A stretch of DNA of 64,000 bases from Klebsormidium nitens (taxonomy: Eukaryota; Plantae; Klebsormidiophyceae): positions 68,024 to 132,023 of the forward strand of contig DF237185.1 in the NCBI GenBank assembly GCA_000708835.1, written 5' to 3'. This document shows positions 26,329 to 39,800 of the stretch, piece after piece. Under the pieces are notes generated by a model. The model saw nothing but the letters and a program-made list of their open reading frames with translations, did not search any database and was not told where the DNA came from. Both the position numbers and the translations under genes were made by a program. How positions within the stretch are numbered: position 1 is the stretch's first letter; each line of letters starts with the position of its first letter.

Positions 26329-27865
26329 GCTGTCATTCGATGGTCAACTTTTTTGGGAATCTGATTGCATCACTGTTGAACTTGTGTAGGCTTGAAGAAC
26401 GGTTTGAAATATTATGCGTGCATGAGAATGAGCCTATTCTGATTCAGGTTGCAAGATGACGCAGTTGAGAGCAGCGGTCGGAAAGATATGATAGGCTTGT
26501 AAAATAGTGGTAATTTGGCACCATTCAGCTGCTCTCAAGCCGTCGCAGGACATTGTTGTAATCCCTGCTCCCAAAGCACTGCATTTTCGATGGTAGGTCG
26601 GCCTACATCGGGCATGCTCGGGCTGGCGGCCGCCATGACGAGTCACAGATGGAATCGCGTTTCGCCTCCATGATTAGCCTAGGCCGGGAGCGCATCATGC
26701 GTGGCGGGTCAAAGTATCCAGGCAATATGGCCGCCACGTAAATCAGCATTACTAGCTAGTATGGGGCGCCTGGCCAGCTATACATTGAGTCTCTGATCGA
26801 CGTGACTAGCTCATGGTGGCAGTGGTCGGGCTAGGTACGCACTGCACTAATTTGTGCCATAGCTTTCAATTCTTTTGCACAGCTATTCAATTGCACTATC
26901 CAAGAGAGTCATTTGCCCAGAATATGAATGTCCGGGTCTGCCGTCATGACGATCTGACACGTTCAATGCACGTATACTCCACTCGATTATATAGAAACTA
27001 AAGTGGCGCATGCAATCCAAAGTGACCGCAGGCGAGCGTCACTGTCACATATGCAGTATATGGCTGCGGTATACAAATCATGCAATTGATCGAAACTACC
27101 AATTATACCGTTATACGTGCCGGGGCAAACTAAGATATTTGAGATCCCCAACGCGCTCTGCAATTAATGGATCATGCATTTGAGCTAGCCCGTAAATAAT
27201 CTCGTATGCAGCGCATCAAATCTCAACTAACTATACAGAAAGAGCTTATTGCGAGAGAAATAATTCCCATCAGGAACAGTGTGCAGTCGCGGCTGCGTGG
27301 ACGTGGTTAGATTAAAAGAAGTCAACGCAGCAACCTGGGCCCAGGACTTCGAGTCGGCCAGGACAGCGCTGCGCGGCAGTGCATTTGTCAAAGCACTGAT
27401 GGAAGTGCCCAAATCATGGATGAAGGCATCCGATAATGGACGGATCCAACCTATTGCAGGCTAGCCTAACCTGAGTCCGACTCACTGCACCTAGATTACC
27501 TTTTTATATCGAACAGAATCACATTGTGAGCTCCAGGGGCCTACCGTACATTGCATGTGTACTTTTGATTCGACAAACTCGCGCGAAGCCTCACCGTCTA
27601 GGTCTAATTGCCATGCGCCCTATCCCTACCCTCCAAAGCACAACAAGGCCTGGCATAAGCTCATCCATGACTGTGGATCAGTCCTAACAAAGGGTGGCCT
27701 CCCCAAATTCTTCTAAATCCTACTCACTAAATACCAGTAAGCAAGTAACACTGTAAGCAGATACGTGCTCTGCTGCTCTGCTGTCCACCTCTATGCTGTC
27801 ACCGTCTACATGTAAACGGATCACGGCGGCTAGATAGAACGCCAAATGTTCCTACCAATCTAGAA

Positions 27866-30800
27866 TTACTTGATCTCATAAACCATCAGGAGCATCAGCA
27901 GTTGGGCGCGAGGCATATTGAGTGCATCTGTCGGCGACAGGCTTACATCAAGAAGAACGTTGTAACACCACAAAAGCTGCACGCAAAGTTCAAAAGACGT
28001 CAGCATGGCTCTTGACGCAGAATCAAACCTCTCTTAACGGTTGAACCCTGGTGTCGATCGGACAAAAAGATACGGCAAAGCTTAGACTACGACCCAAAAA
28101 AACTGAGGAAGGTCATCCGAGCAAGACTCTACCAAGCAAACCTCCCTCCCGTCTTTGAATGCATGAGCTAAGTACGAGGACCAGATTCGCAGCCCTCGTT
28201 CGCAGCGCGACTCAAATAAGCAAGACAACCGACATGCATGCCACACTCTGCCCGGGTATCATGTTGTTCAGGAGAGTTGGAAGTATGCTTACAAAGACGG
28301 CGCATAGAGACGAGGCACCGAAATTTGGATCCCGATCAGCGTCAAATACGCTTCCCCGCTCCAAAAGAGAATAAAGACTTTCGACGTGCAGGAAAGAGGC
28401 GGAGTTGCAAGGGTACCCGGAGCTGTCAAAGGAAAGGCGAGTGACTCACGAAACGTTGCATGTGGGTAGCGCTCTTGGCGGGCTTCAAGATGGGCTTCGT
28501 CTTGATGTACATGATCTCGTGCTGCGCCGCTTCTTTCACCAGGCTCATTTGCCAGCCCCGTTCGGTCAGGCTGAGCCGGATCGGGCGCTTCTTGGGTGTG
28601 TCCAACGCGGACGGAGACCTGCGGGATTCTTTCATCACTCAGCCGTCCGTTTGACCGGTACGGGCACATGATTTACTCGCCGATTAGGGTTTCGGATACT
28701 AGCAGCAACCCTACTAGACTAGCTTCCAAGGCGTTAAAACAGCACAACCTATGTAATGGAGATAGAATCGCCATGTTCCTCATGGAAGTACTCACTTAGG
28801 TTAGTCTTCAACCGGGATTGGAACACAGACTTAGGTGATACTCTCACCGAGGAGTATCGGTGGGGCCTGGAACTAGAGCGGTGGGAAAAGAACTGCTGTA
28901 TAGGTGCCACTCTCACCGAGGCGTGTCGGCACGGCCTTGATTGAGAGCGGTGCCAGGGAAAAGAACCGCAAAATCGGAGGTACTCTCACCGAGGCGTGTC
29001 GGTAGGGGCTTGAACTAGAGCGGTGGAAAAAAGAAGCGCATAATCGGTGGTACTCTCACCGGGGCGTGTCGGTGGGGCCGGGAACTAGAGCGGTGGAACT
29101 GCCCACGTGCGAGAGCGCGCTGGAGCTCGACACGTGGGACATGGGCGACCCGGGGCCGGAACTGGGCGTCCGATGGAGCAGCTCCTTGGTGGAACCGTAG
29201 GCTAAGTAGTGCGAGATCGCGCAGAGCACCTGTTGCGCGAACCCCGTCGAGTGGTCGGGGTCGTCCATGTAGCCGTAGCGCGCGACGACGCNNNNNNNNN
29301 NNNNNNNNNNNNNNNNNNNNNNNNNNNNNNNNNNNNNNNNNNNNNNNNNNNNNNNNNNNNNNNNNNNNNNNNNNNNNNNNNNNNNNNNNNNNNNNNNNNN
29401 NNNNNNNNNNNNNNNNNNNNNNNNNNNNNNNNNNNNNNNNNNNNNNNNNNNNNNNNNNNNNNNNNNNNNNNNNNNNNNNNNNNNNNNNNNNNNNNNNNNN
29501 NNNNNNNNNNNNNNNNNNNNNNNNNNNNNNNNNNNNNNNNNNNNNNNNNNNNNNNNNNNNNNNNNNNNNNNNNNNNNNNNNNNNNNNNNNNNNNNNNNNN
29601 NNNNNNNNNNNNNNNNNNNNNNNNNNNNNNNNNNNNNNNNNNNNNNNNNNNNNNNNNNNNNNNNNNNNNNNNNNNNNNNNNNNNNNNNNNNNCCAAAGTC
29701 GGGCTAAGCAGGACATCTCCACTCAAAAGGTTGGGTTAAGCTCGTCGGGGTGAAGTCGATCTGGCCGACGGAGAGAAGCTTGTTGGGTTCAAAGAAGGTT
29801 ACAGACGTGGTCGTAAAGAGGGTCCTGCCACTGGCGTCGCTTTGAGCAGGACACCTCAATCAAGGGGTTGGGTTAAGTTTGTCGGAGTTGGGTTAATCTC
29901 GTCGACAGAGAGAAGGTTGTATGAGTTCGAAGCGGGTTATAGACGTTGTCGTAAAGAGGGTCCTGCCACGGGCGTGGGTTTGAGCAGGACATCTCCACTT
30001 AAGGGGTTGGGTTAATTTTGGTGGGGTTGAGTTAATCTCGGTCGACTGACAGAAGGTTGTACGTTTCGAAGAGGTTTGCAGACGTGGTGGTATTCAGAGA
30101 ATTATACCCAATCCACACGATACTTGCCCCCTTTGTGCTGGTTGGAGGCGCAATGCTGGGGCCCTGTTCAAAGGTTGCACGTGAATCGCGGAGGCAGATG
30201 CGTCGATGGTCGAGGACATCGGAGTCGAACGGACAGAGCGACCTATAGGGCTAGCAAGGTTTCCCAAAGAGCGAAAAGCAGTGAAGAGCAACAAGCGAAA
30301 TTTGTACACAACGTATAAAGCAAAGGAGGAACAAGGACGAGAAAACCAAACGTAGACCACGGCAAGTGTTGGCTTGCTACCAGGCTTCTTACCAGACTTG
30401 CGTCAGACGTATCCTATTCCGGTCATTGGACCTGTAACCAGCCCATAAGCAAGGGCCAAAACGTACTGTTTACCGAGGGACTGGAGAGGAACAAAGACAC
30501 CTCTCTGAGCTAGATAAACACCTTGGTCTCGTGACAAAGGGAAAAAAAGTGAGTACAGACGGAAGGAGTGGAGCAGCATACCTCTCTGGGTGAAATAAAC
30601 CCCATGTTCTCTTGAAAAGGAAAAGAAACCGAGTACAGACGGAAGGAATGGAGCAAACATACTCTCTGAGCGAGATAAACTCCATGATCTCTTGAAAAAG
30701 AAAAGAAAGCGGGTGTAGACGTAAGGAGCGGAGCAAACATACCTCTCTGAGCGACATAAACACCATGACCTCGTGAACCGCGGGCATCGCCTTCAGCGAG

Positions 30801-33800
30801 AAGGCGAAGTGTGGAGGGAGTCTGTAAATGGTGTCGCAGTAGAAGAGCGCGGCGCCTTTGGTTACGATCACCTTCTGACCGGAGCTCTTGAGGCGGTAAT
30901 GGAGGGGCTCCTTGGGGCCACTTGGGATGTCCTGATTTGGGAAAAGGGTTTTAGGGTTTAAGATTCTTGTAGAATTTTGAAGTTCTAGGTTTCCGGAGTG
31001 TTAAGGAGGGGTTTCTTTGGGGCCACTGGGAATGTCCTGATTTGGGGAAAGGGTTTTACGGTTAAGATTCTTTGAAGTTCTAGGTTCCCGAAGTGTTAAG
31101 GAGGGGTTTCTTTGGGGCCTCTTGGAATGTCCTGAAGCTGAACGGGAGTTGAGGTTGTGAGACTTTCCTGGGATTCTGAAGGCTTAGGGTTTTGAGTGTT
31201 GAAAGGGGTTCCTTGGGGCCCCTTGGAATGTCCTGGGAATGCGAATTAGGGTTCCAGGATTTAGGATCATGGAGATTCGGAGTTCCATGGTTTCGAAGTG
31301 TAAGGAGGGGTTCCTTGGCACCTGAACAATCAAAGGAAAAGCTCAGTCAAATCGTCGTCCACATTCGTGCACGATGCCAAGGTCGCGAGAGGAGGGAGGC
31401 CGACCGAGCTCCCGTCTTTTTGTGAGAAGTATATTCGAGCCTTGTTCCAGTCAGAGGTCCTCTTCACATTGAACGGCCATTCAAAAGCGGTTGAATGTTT
31501 GACAGACAAAGGCGGCCGCGACTTCAAGCGCGACTTTCTCGATTCTGCGGTATGCTGATCAAGAATCCGCAACTCAGAAATGGACCAGTCAGCAGCTTTT
31601 CGGGATTCAAAACAGCAGTTCTAACACTTTAATCAACTGCCCTCGGACTGCAAACTATTTACCGGCAGCAGGCCACGTGGCTTTCGAGAGCCACTCGTCA
31701 ATGAGGTCGCCAACACTGACGTCAGAATGTTGACAGCTGTCCATTTGGCAGGAGCGTAAGCTCTAGAACTTCGCAAATGGATGCAGCTCTTCTCTTTGCC
31801 CTTTGAAGCAGGACGGGTGATAGGAGGAGCATCCACAGGCCAATTTCACCTCGTCATAAGAATTCAAAGGCAGTTCTCACCTCGTCATCAGAAGAGAAGG
31901 TCGGAGCGTAAGCGCTCTCATCCGGAACCAGCACGTCTTCCAGCTGGGCTCCCATGCCGCAACCCACCAAGTAACGTTTAGTAGAGCCCCAATGCCAGCT
32001 GTAGCTGATGAGAAGCACCACACTGGCGATGGTAAGCGGCACGTAGCCGCCGTGCGCAATCTGCGGCAACGGATAATGGCAATGAGCGGCAAGTTATTAC
32101 TTTGCGCGAACTGCGGGGACTGAAAGCTTATGCTGCCCGCTTTTCTGGTTTAATGGGACTGTCGAAAAGAGGTCCTTGATCCGGCTTGTTAAAGGGGGGA
32201 GCGCGAGAAGACGTGTTGAGCTATCGAGGGAGAGTCGACGACGGGCCTCTTCGAAAACGCGAGCGAAGCATGCTGGCAAATATCGAAGTCGGCAGACCTC
32301 TGGCGTTTTAAAATCGGAGCTTTGTCGCCCGCAGACAAAGCTCCAAGGAGGCACAGCGTTAAAGCTGCAACATGCTAAGGTGTCAGAAGAGAGTACAAAA
32401 CTAGACTCTCAAAGACTGCCAAACGCTTGCGGATAAGAGTCTCGGACGTACACCAAAGAAAGCCCTCAAGCGAACCAGCAAAGAGGAGGTCCCTTTTAGC
32501 TAAGTTGTGGACTAAGTAAGGACGACGCGTGAAAGAACACTGCACAAACTTGTTCGCGAAGCTTCCTTGTTTATGTCGCTTGCCGCTGTGATCATCATTG
32601 TAGCGATCGCTCTCCCGATTATGGCACAAATCAGAGTAGAATCTTGCGATATAAGCCCGAACATAAGAAAAGATTCTACAAACCTTTCTCTCCGTCACCC
32701 TTCCAAACTTCAGATACTTCCGACATCGTGGAACCCAGCCACCGTAAACGTTCTTTTAGCAAAGCCTGGGTTGAGGTTCCTGATGTGGTTCCGCCGGTGA
32801 AATGACCTTACTGACTGTCCATGTCCATGCAGAATACGAGCTTACCTTGAACAAGTTGGACGAGAGGTAGATCGACTCCATGAACATGAACCAGCCGAAG
32901 AATATCGCAATGACCACCACGTGGGTCCGCCAGATAACGAGCATCACGAGCGTCACGAGGCACGTGGTGATGATCATTACGCACATCACAGCAATACCTG
33001 CAAGATCCAGATCACAAGAATTGTGAGAATATGTGCGATCGTGCAGAGTCGAGGCACCCGGTTGAGGAGCTTTGCTACGACTTTCTCTCTCCGTGACTTC
33101 TCTTCGTGTGGTCAAGTCAAGCGAACGCTCTGAGTTGGACAGTCGTTGGATGAAGTCATTCGAAAACGGGTCTTGGCAAGGATGAGTCACCGGAGTATTG
33201 ACTGCCACATCTGCAGCTTCCACAGAGCTATTCAATGATCAAAAGTGCTCATCAATGATCAAAAGTGCTCAGGAATCTGACGAAAAACTGACACGTCACA
33301 CAAAAGGGACGCCTAATACGTAGACGCCGCATGTGCACTTCAAAAATGAATCCCTCAACGACCAATGTTCCAGAAAGAATACAACAGGCCAGGGAATAGC
33401 AGCGATGCCATCGGCTCTGCGGAACGGGACCTTTTGATACAGGCCGTCGATCAAGAATATGTAGAAGTCTAGACCGGCATTGACAACAGGCGAAACTCAC
33501 CGAACGCGTGGCCCAAAGCATCTCCGTTGAGAGGCATATCGGACGGCTGTGGCAACGAAAAGCCGAGCACGCAGGCGATGCCGAGAGTCATGAGCGCCCA
33601 GTTGACGTTGGGGATGTAGATCTGGCCTTGCACCGTTTTGGACGTGTGGATGACCTTCATTTTGGGGAAGCACTGGAGCGACATGGATTGCGAGATGATG
33701 GAGAAAACGCCTGCACGAGATACGCACGGCTCATTAATTGCAGATCGACTGGTTTCTTCAGGCAGTGAAACTGAAGCAGTGTGTAGGGACCCAGTTTGCA

Positions 33801-36800
33801 AGATCGATCTGGAGCAGTCAAATGGAGGTCTGGATGTCGACTGCCCATCAGTCTAGTATGGTCTAGACCTTTCATTGTTCGGCTCGAGCTGTGAATTGGA
33901 GCACAGAAAGTCCCCAGAAAAGGATGCTTGATCCCAGAACCGTCTAGTAAGTGGAGGCCTTGCCATCCCGAGCAGTTGAGACACAGTACTGCGATTCGAT
34001 TCCATCAGAATGACCGCTTCTCCGTACGCACGTCTTTGCCTCCCTTGTTGACATGACATGTTCCTAAAACGGTAACGCATTTTTATTCGTGATCTTATTG
34101 GCCGGAACCCTTACCGGGTTGGCCGCGTTGACCGAGATCGAAACTTGAGCGAGTAACCCCGTACTTACCCCAGCAGATCCACTGCTTCGAAAACGAGAGA
34201 TCCGTAACTTCATATCAAAACCTTTCATCGCAAAACTTCCAAGGGAAAGGACTTTCTAGTTTCAGGCAGTCTGGTTGTCCGTGGGTTAGTTTCGTGGTGC
34301 AAAGGGTCGCGTGCTTCCTAAGAGAGATCCTGCACGACGTCATCCCGGTCGTTCGCCGAAGCAATCTGAGTACCAGTCCCTATAGAAACTATTCCGGCTG
34401 ACTCCTCACGACTCCGTTGGAAAAGAACACCATGCCCGGGGTTTCATTTGTTCGGGTTTCTTTCGATATTCTGGGGATCTTGCAATCCAGAGTGAAGGCG
34501 GGCTCACCAGAGATGATGGCTTGGCTAGCCACCATAGTTGCCAGCGTCGCGACGACAAAAGCGGGCCAGAACACGGGTTCTGGAATGGCTTTGAAGTACG
34601 CCTGAGGAGTGTCCCCCGGGTTCCGGGACAGGTACGCCCCTTGGCCGAGATAGATCAGGAGGAGGCTGGGGTAGACCACTGTGAGCGTGCTTGCCTGAGA
34701 TAGTGTAAGTGACAGTCAGCATTCGCTTTGATGCGATTGGATCGCCCCTCCCAAGACATCAGCTCCGATGCAGATCGTTGTGATTGATCCTGACAACCTC
34801 CTTTCTGTCAAGGGTTTGTGCATTGATGTCAAATTCGCTGACGGAACGTTAGAAGATGGTCGACTCCTTATGCTTTGGAAATACTTGGCAGAGAGGTGGG
34901 TACCCATTGAAAATGTGGGTTGCAACGCGGCATCGCCCCTCAATACTTCCAACCGCGACTCGTTTTGCAATCTGACCAGGTCGACGGCATTAGCATAGCG
35001 TTGGCATAGGGACGGCCACCACCATCAGGAGACCAGCGCAGCGCACGATGCATGGGCCGAGCAGTGGAGGGGGACCGGAAAAAAGTGGAGCGCGGGAAAT
35101 GGATGAGGGCGAGAAGAAAGACGGGGCTGGTGCAAATAGTGAAGACGCAGGCAGTGCGGGAGGGGCGGCGAAGGAAGAGGGTCCTAGAGGTGAAGAGGGG
35201 CAGCTTTTTGAGAGCGCGCCTGAACAGTGCTCTGCTGACGTGGGCGCCAAGAGCTCTGCTGACATCAGCGGGGGGAGGATCTCATACTTGTTCCCTCACC
35301 CTGATCGCTTGCACGTTGAAGTGTCCCAGGTCCGCGAAGAGGCCTTCCACGCCCGTGATGCAGAGGCAGATACCGCCCAAGCTGATCCACCCTTCCTTTT
35401 TGTTGCGGACAAGGTACATAATGCCGTGGTGGGGAGAGAACGCCTGCACCAATGGAAAATGGGTTTGATTTTAGGATTAAGCCAGGTTGAGATCGGTCAG
35501 TAACTGGGGAACGGGTGGGGTAAGTCGGGGGGGTAGTATGGGTACGGATGCGGAAAATGTTGGTTTGTGGCTAGGATATTAGTTTGATGCGTCCTCCCGG
35601 TTCGAATTGTGTATCTTAACCTGGCTCAACTCAACCTAGAACCGAAACTTATGAGTGAAAAGTGGGATGAGGTCACGTTGGATGCAGTTAGCTCTCAACG
35701 ATGACGTCTTGAGCGCAGTCGGTGGAATATTCGTTTGCTCCGTCTACGGTTATAGAGCACTGCTTCCCACTTTCAAACGATTGCCTTCAAGACAGCTTCG
35801 CATGATCGGTAAGCTCAAGCACCGTCTCTGGGCGAAGCAAAGAATACCCTCTAAGCGGCTGCTAGGTGCTGGTGACTTGTTGGGAGAGAAAACGAAACAA
35901 ACATCCGGAAAAAAGGGGCGGACAAAAGGAAAATCGGCTCAAAGACGGGTGGCTTTGAGGAGAGGTCTGTAGAAGTACGGATCCCCGAAGTCTGTAGAAG
36001 TACGGACTGCTAGAAACTGCTTGTAAACAAATTAGATGCTTATGAATACCTATCTCCAAACTCTCCGCAAGACTGCTATGGAAGAGGCACTCTGGCAGTG
36101 TTAGGAATCCTGATCCTGGGCCGTCTAGCCAGATTACCGCCAAAATGAAATGCCAAGCGTGATGAGTCAGAAAGCAGCGGGTAAAACCCCAAATTCCTAG
36201 AACTCTTGAAACCCTCAACCCGCAACCTGTAAATTTCAAGACCCTCAGACCATCAGACCCTACAAATCTTTTTAGATACCTTAAAGATGGCAGGGTTCCA
36301 CGTGTGGATGTTGTACATCCCGATGCCCGCGTTGAGGACGAAGAAGCTGATCAGGATCGGAGCGAAGATGAAGCTGATCCTGTTCGTGCCAAGTCTTTGG
36401 CACCCAAAGATGATGGCCATGATGACGCAAGTCGCGGCAATAACGGCGCCTGCAGTGGATTGTGCAATGCATCAGATAAGTCCCTCCGAAAGAGCTTCGT
36501 TTTTAGTGGGTAGTAAATCCTACTGATTGGAGCTTCACAGGCTAAATTTTGAGATCGACGCCTCCTGGGTAGGAAGGCGACAGTCGGGCAAAGCTTTCTG
36601 GATTCAAAACGTTTTAACAAGGTTTTGTCAGGATTGCATCTATGCAATGATCAGGGAAAGTAGTAAACGACGCGGGAAGGAGCGGCGCTCTGCAGGATCC
36701 GGGGTTTGTTACTTTCGTCGGTGCCTGTAGCTCAAAGTAAAGGGAACTGCTTCATTACCCGCGTGGACTTCTAGTTTCTGAGAAAGGATGATCCTGTGGA

Positions 36801-39800
36801 CCAAATACTGCGCTCGTGCAATATTCACATGAAAGCAGAAACTGCAAGCACCAGATCACAAACCGCAAGAAGAAGTACGAAATTAGGAAGAAAAGCAAAT
36901 GACCCTATTCACCGGCGGAATTTACGGTCGAGCCGTCCTCTGCCAGAAGCTCCTTCGTGCCTTGCAGGCCCGTCCTATGAGATCATCATACGAACTCTTA
37001 CGAGACCATACGAAAGCATTCATACGAGGTCACTGACCGGATCCAGCTTTCATCTCTGGGAAGCTCCTTTCAGACTTGCAGCCCGTCACATGAAAGTACC
37101 ATGCGGGATCACAGGGGACCACACGAAACCACTTATACGAGGTCACACGGGTCGAGCTGTCACCTCTGAGAAGCTCCTCTAAGACTTGCAGCCCGTCATA
37201 CGCATACGGGATCGTACGAGACAATACGAGATCAATCATACGAGGTCGCTCACCGTTGGGAATGATGGTCGACCCGTCCTCTCTGAGCAGCTCCTTCGGA
37301 ACTTGCAGCCCGGTCATGGCGGACAGCACTGCGCAGAAAGCGGGACGAGCGTGTTTGGCGACGTAACGCATGCACCCTCCTCCGCACTCAAGCGTTTCAT
37401 AGAATTGTTGCACTCAGTTGCCCCCCCCCCCCCTTCGCGATCGAAAACCGCCCTCCTAAGATACATCAGCCGGCTGACCTCAGGCTGTGGGAATCTTCGA
37501 TCGGATGACACGGAACCTGATGCCCCTCGGATCGGGCACTTCCGACCCGACCCGATAACTTGAAAACTCTAAACGAACGGCCCACTCGATTCTGCTGAAC
37601 TGTCTCTGAATGTTCTCGCCGTCTTTCACCCTATCACAGAGTTGGACGAAGTGACCCTGACCTCAGTCCCCCCAGAGAGCTGCCGTTATCGTACTTTGCA
37701 AAACACAAGTAAGTGCGCCGCGTCAAAAAAACACGGGCTCGTCAGAAAGCGTGTAGTTCTTAAGGCCAGAAACGTTAGTCGAGCAGAGACCCTTTCACGC
37801 TCTCGAACTATCGCAGAGCTGCCAAAAGCCCTCACCCGTCACGGCTGGCGTCAGCACGCCGTCACCCACGAGCGCGCACGTCCCGCACAGGACGAAGACC
37901 AACAGCATCTTCTGCAGGGCCGGGCTCTTTTCGAGGGCCTTGCCGACGGCGCGCCCGGGGTGGCTCCGCTTCTTCTTGGGGCGTTTCGGGTCCTGGTGGA
38001 ACACGGACAGGGCCTTGTCGGAGTCGTGCTTGAGGCCGAAGATGGTGATCTTGGTGTAGCGGCACAGCAGGGAGTAGATGGCGAACGTTCCGCCTGCAGG
38101 GCGGAATTCCGGTCAGTCATTCCGGTCGAAATTATCTTGGTTTGCCGCCTTTCATTCACGCTTCTCTGCAAGAACTTGTTGTGCTCGAGGCCGAAGATGG
38201 TGATCTTGGTGTAGCGGCACAGCAGGGAGTAGATGGCGAACGTCCCGCCTGCAGGGGCGGAATTCCGGTCTGTCAATCCGGGCGGAATTTGTGGGGCGTT
38301 CCGCCGTGAAATTCACGCTTCTTTGTAAGGGAAAGTTACGCTTGAGGTCGAGGGTGGTGATCTTAGTGTAGCGGCACAGCAGGAAGATGTTGGTGGACGT
38401 TTCAGCTGCAGGGCAGAATTCCGGTCTGTAATCCTGGCGGTGTTCAGTCCCGGCTCTTGTACGGGCAGTTGCATCAGTCTTGCTCATCGGGGGGCACTAT
38501 GGGCGGCAAAGTCCGAAAAGTAGGGCCGCTTTCGATCCAGATTATCAAAGAATCAGCAGCACCGCTAAGGCGTAATAGGATACCATTGAGCACATCAATA
38601 AGTGTAGAATACTTTGTCTGACAAGCTTTAGAAGGGGCACTACAGTGAGCTCACCTTCTCCTATGTTGGTGGGGAGAAGAACGACAACGCACTTAGAGAT
38701 CATCAAGCTGATTGATTGCCAGAAGGGGTAGAAATTTCAATGAGCGTACTTATCATCGGCGAGATGAACAAACAACGACGTACTCAAAGATTGCTAAGCT
38801 GAGGAGCTTCCCGAAGGGGTAGGAAGGACAGTGAGCGTACCTTCTCCCATGTCATTGGCGGGAAGAACAACGACGACGTACTTGAAGATCATCAAGCTGA
38901 GGGTCCAGAGGACCAGGCTCAGGGCGCCAATGATGTCCTCCTCGGTGGCAGTCTTCGTGAAGCACGTCTAGAGAGAAGAGAGGAAAATGGCGTCAACTTT
39001 TTGATGTCGCGATGCCATTCGATCTGCATGCGCAGTGTTTGGAGAAGCACAGGCTGGCTGCATGGAGCTGCTGCCCTCTGCCAAGCGCTGATACAGATTT
39101 ATGCAGTCACAGGCCAGCTTACGCAATCCCCGATCAAAGAATCCATCAGTGTCCCAGAAAGAGAATGGAAATATTTATCATGACGGCCAGTGGCTCTTAC
39201 CTGCCACAAGTACATCGGGCTCGTGCCTGCAGACAAATGAACGTGGTTGTCAGAGCTCAGTGCTTAGAGCGGCAAAGTCATGTCAGCAGGGGAACAAATT
39301 CTAAGTGTTTCATAAGAGGGGTACAGCACCGAAACAAGGAAGGTCAGCTGGGCAAGACTCAGCAGCATCCCTGTAGCTGAACTCCTTTGAACGATGAATC
39401 GTTTTGAAGGAGATCAAACGAAGAGTTCCAACAGAACATGCTGCAAGCGCTCAAAATTACAGCCGCAACAAAAAGGACTGCACTTCCTGGTGCCTTGCAG
39501 TTCAGAATCCGAGTCAACAATTCCTTTGTAAAGAGCAAAGCTCGGGAGTGCGGGCCTTGTCAGGACCATTGGAGGAAAGACCACCTACCGAGATCGCCGT
39601 ACACAATGCCGATGCTCTTATAAGCAAGGCCCGCAAACATCAACCATGAGGACGATGACTGCAAGGACAAAATAACATCAGGACGATGACTACATGGACA
39701 AACGTCATCATTGAGCACAAACCCAGCCTGGTTTAGCCTAACTTAAAGTTACCTTGGTGCCCCTTGACCAAATGACTAATGCTTGGTTTGGTGCCCTTTG

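Noticed and set aside
28820-29100. CRISPR-like array (regularly spaced direct repeats)
   Set aside because: The units are degenerate copies of a eukaryotic exon-intron junction, the spacers are related to one another, and there are no cas genes.
29015-29739. ORF-track entries of 174-235 aa containing X runs
   Set aside because: Artefacts of translating through the N gap.
30945-31260. Interstitial telomeric repeats (TTTTAGGG / TTAGGG-like)
   Set aside because: Only isolated units inside echo repeats; no tandem telomeric tract.
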